Virus record (IMG/VR): IMGVR_UViG_3300032093_000081
Origin: an uncultured virus (IMG/VR IMGVR_UViG_3300032093_000081)
Taxonomy: Duplodnaviria > Heunggongvirae > Uroviricota > Caudoviricetes
DNA length: 20,000 nt
Strand: one strand, 5' to 3'
Shown here: in pieces, positions 14,807 to 20,000 of the stretch
Layout: the number at the start of each line of letters is the position of its first letter
Position numbering within the stretch: position 1 is the stretch's first letter
Program-made: the position numbers and the translations under genes
Notes under the pieces: model-generated
Seen by the model: only the letters and a program-made list of their open reading frames with translations
What the model was told of the DNA's origin: nothing
Databases searched by the model: none

Positions 14807-16822
14807 TTAATTCCTCCTGAAAGGAAGAGAGGTTCGTCTAAACATTTGTTTTGCGGTCTTTTTGTAAGACTCTGCGTAAGCAACAAGTCTTCTGTCGGCC
14901 ATGCCGTTAGCCCTTAACTCCATACTTGAAAGAGTTTGATCCATTGCCAAGACCATTCCAAAAGCAATAATTCTATCACAGTTTGTTTTAGGGGTGAACT
15001 TTAGAACTTCTTTTAACAAAAGAGGGTCTGGAATCCTTGTTACTCCTAAGATGTCTTCTATAATCTCTCCTTTTTCATCTCGTTTATGCCCAATGATTTC
15101 AGTCATGTATTTGATGATAAGAGCGTAATAGTGTTGTTTTAACTGCATGGTACTATGTACTCCGTATTCCCGGGTAACAGTAGTATTGGGATGAACATCT
15201 CTTAAAAAGGTAGGAGTTCTTTCTAGTCTTTTAATTGCAGAGTTTTTTGAGATACAATGTTGGATATAGTTATAATCTTGGTTTTCACAGAGTGTTTTGG
15301 TGTTGTAATAGTCTAACAACATATCTGTGGTATCGTACCAAGTGTCAATGTTTTTGGGTCTTCCTACATAACACGCGACTATACGTTGGCTCCATGATTC
15401 TCCGGCTATATCATGTACTCGTTTAAAGATATAAGTAGCCCCTAATGAAGTAGAGTATTCTGCTTGAGAATATTTATATGGGTCAGTCGCTGCGGTGTAA
15501 AGCCCGTAAGGTGCGTTATCTATTGGGTGTTCCCATATCTGAACTACACCTCCTAAGTCTGCACTAGGTTTAGCAGGGAAATCTGTTACTGGTTTTTTGA
15601 CAGTAGATTTCCATCCTACTGAGTTATCAGGTTTGCGATATAAGTCCACAAACATTGGACTTACGTTTGAATTACTAAGGTATGTAAGTTGTTCTTGGGC
15701 TAGTTCTACAGGGAATATGTTATCACTTAAATCAAGAAAGCACTCTTCTAAGTCTAAAGGATAGTACATTATTTCCTTTAGGTATGTTTCCATGCCAGAA
15801 GACTTCTTTACTTTTTCTCGATTCTTCAGAATCATTTCTCTTCCTTTTTCTTCGTCGCTGACATAAACCATTGTTTGGTCAAGCTCTGAGCCTTTAGAAA
15901 GATTGAATTGTTTTGAGATAGGAATAGGTTCTCTTGGTACTTTAAGAGATTTTGTTCCCGGAATAAAAAGTCCGTAAGACTTTCCTGTATCTAAAGTTTC
16001 AACTGCAAGAAAGTTATACGCTTCGGGGTTGTTCATCAACTCTTCCAAGTCTTTTGCTTTTGTCATATCACCGGAAGTTCCAATGACAAAAGGAGAACAA
16101 CGCCATCCAAACTCACTATCAAAACACGGAGTAGTGGCTGCAATACAATTTAAAATGTTTCCTTTTCCTCCTTCTTCAAGAAGAAAAGAAGAAAGAGTAA
16201 GACCTGCTGCAGCTTCTGTATTATGACCTTCATCAAAGTTACGTATATGAATCTTAGACCATTCTTTACGTTTATTAGTTTTTCTGTCTTTGTAACCTAG
16301 CGTAACGAGTTTTTTCCAGTCGTCGTCAATACGTTGAAACTGAAAATACTCAGGAAGTTCTCGTAGTCCTAAGTCTACATAATCGGTAATTACTTTTAAG
16401 TCCGGAGAGTTAAGTGCAGAAATAAGATGGTCTGTTCCTTGTTCGGTGACGGCTTTGTGAGCCATATAAGAAGAAGTAAGTACAGACTTTGAGATTCGTC
16501 GTGACCCTACCATCACAACGCCTTTTTTTCCATCAGTATGTTCTTCTGCTTTTCGGATAGTTTCATCTACTGCTAAGTAAGTATCCCATAGTTTAGGTTG
16601 GGATAGTTTTCTTATGGTTCTTTTTCCTATCTGAGTATCTATGTAGATGCTCCAAAGGTTGATATGCCAGTAGATGAAAGGAGAAAAATAAAATCCGTTT
16701 ATAGTTACTCCTTCTTGGATTTTACGGTCTTCGTTTTCCCAAAAAGCAAGATACTCCTCTGACTCAGGGTCAGGGAGATTTTTGACATTGATTAAAAGTT
16801 CTGGAGAATCAAGATTACTCAT
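14807..16822 (-). CDS. terL: Terminase large subunit
   Basis: 671 aa. Walker A-like VMVGSRRISKS, Walker B FLLEEGGK, coupling motif VIGTSG, RNase H-like nuclease motifs AATDPY, LCEN and NCDRIIAF. Located upstream of the portal. Confidence 0.93.
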   Translation of the reverse strand: MSNLDSPELLINVKNLPDPESEEYLAFWENEDRKIQEGVTINGFYFSPFIYWHINLWSIYIDTQIGKRTIRKLSQPKLWDTYLAVDETIRKAEEHTDGKKGVVMVGSRRISKSVLTSSYMAHKAVTEQGTDHLISALNSPDLKVITDYVDLGLRELPEYFQFQRIDDDWKKLVTLGYKDRKTNKRKEWSKIHIRNFDEGHNTEAAAGLTLSSFLLEEGGKGNILNCIAATTPCFDSEFGWRCSPFVIGTSGDMTKAKDLEELMNNPEAYNFLAVETLDTGKSYGLFIPGTKSLKVPREPIPISKQFNLSKGSELDQTMVYVSDEEKGREMILKNREKVKKSSGMETYLKEIMYYPLDLEECFLDLSDNIFPVELAQEQLTYLSNSNVSPMFVDLYRKPDNSVGWKSTVKKPVTDFPAKPSADLGGVVQIWEHPIDNAPYGLYTAATDPYKYSQAEYSTSLGATYIFKRVHDIAGESWSQRIVACYVGRPKNIDTWYDTTDMLLDYYNTKTLCENQDYNYIQHCISKNSAIKRLERTPTFLRDVHPNTTVTREYGVHSTMQLKQHYYALIIKYMTEIIGHKRDEKGEIIEDILGVTRIPDPLLLKEVLKFTPKTNCDRIIAFGMVLAMDQTLSSMELRANGMADRRLVAYAESYKKTAKQMFRRTSLPFRRN

Positions 16823-17136
16823 GTAAGTTGAGACATCTTACCTCCAATAGTTTTACCTCCTCGAGCTTCTGCTTTTTCAGATTCTCTTTGCCGGAGTTTA
16901 TCTACTACTTCTATAATTTGAGCATAGTCCTTTAATGCTTGAGTAAGAGATTTTATTTGTGCTTCTATAGTTGCTATTACAACAGGCATCTGACCGCCAT
17001 TAGCAGTAGCTCTCCAAGCACATCTATCTTCAAGTTTATCAAAGGGGTTGTTATCCACATAAGTTTTGAGTTGTTCTGCTTTTTCTTGCAGCCAATCAAG
17101 TTCAAACTCTACGTAAGTATTTTTTTTAGTTGGCAT
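16819..17136 (-). CDS. Putative terminase small subunit
   Basis: 105 aa helical protein translationally coupled to terL (ATGA overlap), with C-terminal EARGGKTIGG. The assignment rests mainly on position. Confidence 0.45.
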   Translation of the reverse strand: MPTKKNTYVEFELDWLQEKAEQLKTYVDNNPFDKLEDRCAWRATANGGQMPVVIATIEAQIKSLTQALKDYAQIIEVVDKLRQRESEKAEARGGKTIGGKMSQLT

Positions 17137-17797
17137 ATTTCCAAATATACGTTTTACACTTTGTTCCCTTTATAATGGCCTTTCTGATACTAGTATGAGA
17201 AACTTTCTCATAAATAGAAGCCTGTCGTACACTTTCATATTCTTTCTCACATTTGTTAGTACTTGGATTTATTTTTAAAACAGAAAGTGATCTTGGATTC
17301 TCTTTCCCTACTTTGTTATATCTAGGATTGTTTTCCCCCGACATTCTAATTGATTTTTTCAGTTTTGCTTCTTTAGAAAGTTTTTTTCCATACATAGGAT
17401 TATTTTTTCCAGCAAATAAATCTTTTAACCTTAGTTTATGTTCTTCAGTATGTTTATATCCTAAACATCCATCTCCTCCTAAAGTACAATTAACTAACAA
17501 TCCGTCATCATTTTTAAAACCAAAAAGAGAGATATATTTTTTTTCAAGCTCTTTTATTTCTTCATAACTATCAGATTCGCAAAATACAACACAAGTGTAT
17601 CCATACTTATTAACTATGTTTCTCCAAAAAACATTTCTACCTGATTTAGACTTTGCTCGAGAATAGCTTTTATGTTTTTGCAGTGTACCTATTCCAATAT
17701 AAAAAACCTCATTGTTTTTTCCGGATAGATGCCCGTACACATAATAAGGCTTCTTTTGGATAAAAGAAGGTATGGTTAGTCTTGTTAAAGAGTTCAT
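17126..17797 (-). CDS. Free-standing GIY-YIG homing endonuclease with NUMOD3-like repeats and a C-terminal NUMOD1/HTH-like domain
   Basis: YYVYGHL...EVFYIGIG, conserved R (SRA), E (ELEKKYI) and N (LVNCTLGGDG). Then GYKHTEEHK...GKNNPMYGKKLSKEAK...GENNPRY, and KEYESVRQAS...SIRKAI...YIWKY. Visibly more AT-rich than its neighbours. Confidence 0.88.
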   Translation of the reverse strand: MNSLTRLTIPSFIQKKPYYVYGHLSGKNNEVFYIGIGTLQKHKSYSRAKSKSGRNVFWRNIVNKYGYTCVVFCESDSYEEIKELEKKYISLFGFKNDDGLLVNCTLGGDGCLGYKHTEEHKLRLKDLFAGKNNPMYGKKLSKEAKLKKSIRMSGENNPRYNKVGKENPRSLSVLKINPSTNKCEKEYESVRQASIYEKVSHTSIRKAIIKGTKCKTYIWKYAN

Positions 17798-17808
17798 GCT
17801 TACAAAAG

Positions 17809-18033
17809 TTACTGATATCGTTTTAAGAACTCATCAAGTTCTTCTTCGTTGAAACTTTCTACTACTTTAGGGTAAAAATCGTTTTGATTATTTGTCTTAG
17901 CGTAGGAATACCCTGCTTTCCAAAAAATCTTAAAAGTCTCAAACAGCTTGTCTTGAAAAGTAGGGAACATAGACTTTTCTATGTTCCTTACTTTCTTTGG
18001 TTGGTCTTTGTGATTCAAAGGGTCATTCTTCAT
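17809..18033 (-). CDS. Hypothetical protein
   Basis: 74 aa with an ATG start overlapping the upstream stop. It is co-oriented and fills the operon gap. Confidence 0.55.
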   Translation of the reverse strand: MKNDPLNHKDQPKKVRNIEKSMFPTFQDKLFETFKIFWKAGYSYAKTNNQNDFYPKVVESFNEEELDEFLKRYQ

Positions 18034-18409
18034 ACTCTGTCCATTTTTCTTCTAAAATCATCTTAGGGTTATGGCCGTTAGCCTGATTGTGGCTTCTTAT
18101 CCCACAAGCAGAACTTAAAGAAGAAGTCTTTAATTCTAAGTTACAGCCACATAACGAACAGTGCGAATCAAATCGGACGTGCTCGTAGTGCTTCCCAAAT
18201 AAAGCCTTGTACTCGTCAGAGTAGGTGGCATTATCAGAATTATATGGACACTTGGAACAGATGTCCATACGACGGATAATCTCATTTTTTTTGTCATTAG
18301 ATAAAAGTTTAAACTGCTTGAGGATTTTTCCTTTAGCTCCGTCAAATACTTGGTCGGCATTTTCAATGCCTTTACGCAGTAAGTTAGCGTATTCTTTGAA
18401 GACGTTCAT
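18023..18409 (-). CDS. Cys-rich putative zinc-binding protein (DUF6171-like pattern)
   Basis: RRMDICSKCPYN...HCSLCGCNLELKTSSLSSACG...KW: the pattern CxxC...CxxCGC...K...C...KW. Confidence 0.7.
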   Translation of the reverse strand: MNVFKEYANLLRKGIENADQVFDGAKGKILKQFKLLSNDKKNEIIRRMDICSKCPYNSDNATYSDEYKALFGKHYEHVRFDSHCSLCGCNLELKTSSLSSACGIRSHNQANGHNPKMILEEKWTEYEE

Positions 18410-19103
18410 ATAGTTTAGGAATTTTAGTGGCTATTACGTAAAAGAAGTCCTGAGTCTTTCGGAACATCTCATTGTCAAACTCTGGAAAATATCCAAGCAA
18501 GTCAAACTTAGTCTTTCCTTTTTTATAAGCCAAGTGAGTAGGACTCAATATTCGTTGTAACGCTTTTTGTTTATAAGTCAGATGTCTGTGTTCTTTAGAA
18601 ATAATCGACTCAAACATTTTTTCAGAATAAAGAAGTCTTCGATAGATTGTTCCTACTATGCATCGAATAGAAATCTGAAAAGAGCCCAAGCCAGTCATAG
18701 TCATCTTAAAAGCATTATCTTCTTCTATGAGCGACTCTCTTATGGTATTAAGATACCAATCATAAACCGTTCCTACTTTTTCTTGTGTTACGCCTGCCTC
18801 TACAGCAGCTTCTTTATACAGCGCATGAACAAGCACTACAATATGACCGGTACTCTCGTAATTCTTAGAGGTAGTTTCCTCCAGTTTCTCTAATCTCCTT
18901 ATATCAGATTCACTAGGAATCTTTCGTGCTAACTCTAAAATCTCCTTAGTAGTCTTCTGGTCTTCAAAAGAAATCTGAGATAAAGCATCCTCAAAAGAAA
19001 CTATGTTTTCATTAATCTCTTTTGCCTCAGAAGTTATTTCAGGTAACTTAGCCTCTTGTACTTCGTCATCCCAAGCAAACCGATGCTTATTCTGCTGACT
19101 CAT
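18384..19103 (-). CDS. HU/IHF-like domain protein with an acidic N-terminal extension
   Basis: Central LYKEAAVEAGVTQEKVGTVYDWYLNTIRESLIEEDNAFKMTMTGLGSFQI matches the HU/IHF helix-turn-helix plus GLGxF strand. ATGA-coupled to the upstream gene. Confidence 0.55.
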   Translation of the reverse strand: MSQQNKHRFAWDDEVQEAKLPEITSEAKEINENIVSFEDALSQISFEDQKTTKEILELARKIPSESDIRRLEKLEETTSKNYESTGHIVVLVHALYKEAAVEAGVTQEKVGTVYDWYLNTIRESLIEEDNAFKMTMTGLGSFQISIRCIVGTIYRRLLYSEKMFESIISKEHRHLTYKQKALQRILSPTHLAYKKGKTKFDLLGYFPEFDNEMFRKTQDFFYVIATKIPKLYERLQRIR

Positions 19104-19474
19104 TTTTTCTTATACTTCAACTCCACCACCAAATAACACGACTCCCCATCTTTCAATGAAGGAGCTTTTAACTTAGCATTGATTCCCTTGCCTATAACCA
19201 ACGACCTTTTTCTCAATCTTGTTATTACGTTAGAAATAGATGCCACTGAAGTCTTATGCTTCGCAGCTAATTTCCTCTTAATCGCAGCATCTAAATCTCC
19301 AAAGTAACTATAACAAGCCAATACATCCAGCTCAGTATTCGTTACCCTTACCCCACTATACGCCAGTAACAAATGAATGTACCTCCTGCTTAACTCTATA
19401 GGATCTTTATCCTCTTTAAGCAAGCCCACCTTCTTCTTTGAAGAACTTTCAACTTTACTTACTTCTTTACTCAT
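19100..19474 (-). CDS. Winged helix-turn-helix DNA-binding protein (MarR-like pattern)
   Basis: VTNTELDVLAC...IKRKLAAKHKTSVASISNVITRLRKRSLV. Basic, and the first gene of the operon. Confidence 0.7.
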   Translation of the reverse strand: MSKEVSKVESSSKKKVGLLKEDKDPIELSRRYIHLLLAYSGVRVTNTELDVLACYSYFGDLDAAIKRKLAAKHKTSVASISNVITRLRKRSLVIGKGINAKLKAPSLKDGESCYLVVELKYKKK

Positions 19475-19496
19475 ACCAATTTTAAAAGCAAAGTAA

Positions 19497-19520
19497 CAAA
19501 ATTAGTTAGTATTAACCAAA
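19497..19520 (-). promoter_or_regulatory. Bacteroidota-type promoter element (TTTG-N12-TAATTTTG) at the head of the operon
   Basis: Minus strand TTTG gttaatactaac TAATTTTG ttactttgc..., 22 nt before the ATG at 19474. A near-consensus TTACTTTG follows in tandem. Confidence 0.55.
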
Positions 19521-19702
19521 ACATTAAAAATTAAACCTAAGTGTTAATTAAAAACTACCTGTTTAAAGTTTTTACTAAAAACGAAACAAGGGTAAATAAC
19601 TAATTATTAGAACTAATAAATAGAGTAAGTAAAAAATATTTTACTTTTTATTTGGATATTATCTCAGTATAGCATTTCTTTAAAGGCTTTAAAATAATAT
19701 AT

Positions 19703-19710
19703 TATATTTG
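19703..19710 (+). promoter_or_regulatory. Candidate divergent promoter -7 element TATATTTG
   Basis: Exact TAnnTTTG on the plus strand, at the boundary between the AT-rich tract and the C-rich tract. No ORF follows within the window. Confidence 0.35.
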
Positions 19711-19719
19711 GTACTAAGC

Positions 19720-20000
19720 ATTTTCCCCGACCTTTCCAAGCCCCTGCAAACTTATTTTTCCCCAATTAACCTATTTAGGTGTTAATAACCTCACAACCCC
19801 CTCACAATCACCTCAATAAATTTTCCCCACCTTCCTTCTTTTCTTTTTCGATCTCTTTAAAATTTTTTTTCCTACCCCCCCCCTCTTTTCCTACCCAAAA
19901 AGAAAATTTTTTTTATATGTATGGCTGTGTTGGGGTCCACTATTAGAGACCCCCCGGCCATGGAAGCGAGTGTCGGTACCCCCCTAGTCAACGAGTAGGG
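19720..20000. other. Non-coding, strand-biased C/T-rich tract with short repeats and hairpins
   Basis: Many C4-C9 runs, duplicated TTTTCCTACCC and CCTCACAA, stems GGGGTC/GACCCC and CCCTA/TAGGG, and no ORF of 60 aa or more. Confidence 0.55.

Noticed and set aside
17126..17808. Group I intron or intein around the endonuclease or in terL
   Set aside because: There is no flanking non-coding sequence for an intron core. TerL is continuous with all motifs and has no intein-sized insertion.
1..20000. Alternative genetic code (TAG or TGA reassignment) as in some Crassvirales
   Set aside because: All genes are full length and tightly packed under code 11, and TGA is clearly used as a stop in ATGA overlaps.
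19475..20000. CRISPR array or tRNA in the non-coding right end
   Set aside because: There are no regularly spaced repeats of CRISPR length, and I saw no cloverleaf or T-loop (GTTCGA) signature.

Overview
This window is almost entirely the packaging and virion-structure module of a Crassvirales-like (crAss-like) podovirus, probably infecting a Bacteroidota host. All 21 supported genes lie on the minus strand. In transcription order (right to left) they are: winged-HTH protein, HU/IHF-like protein, Cys-rich Zn-binding protein, small hypothetical, free-standing GIY-YIG/NUMOD endonuclease, putative small terminase, large terminase, portal, acidic scaffold-like protein, major capsid protein, conserved 'gene 75'-like protein, ring protein, auxiliary capsid protein, several Cys-rich fibre/hub-like proteins, a second ring protein, an IHF-like protein, and a third ring protein. 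The third ring gene runs off the left edge and is missing from the ORF track. Four TAnnTTTG Bacteroidota-type promoter elements and four strong hairpins punctuate the operon. The last ~525 bp are non-coding, with a divergent promoter element, repeated palindromes and a strand-biased C-rich tract. The most unusual observations are: (i) an ~86-90 aa beta-rich module shared by the auxiliary capsid protein and a fibre protein, with one copy nested inside another in the fibre; (ii) a Cys-anchored helical-repeat paralog pair; (iii) promoters with an unusually short TTTG-to-TAnnTTTG spacer; and (iv) the structured non-coding right end. All family assignments come from motif recognition and gene order, not database searches. 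I cannot claim a confirmed new system.
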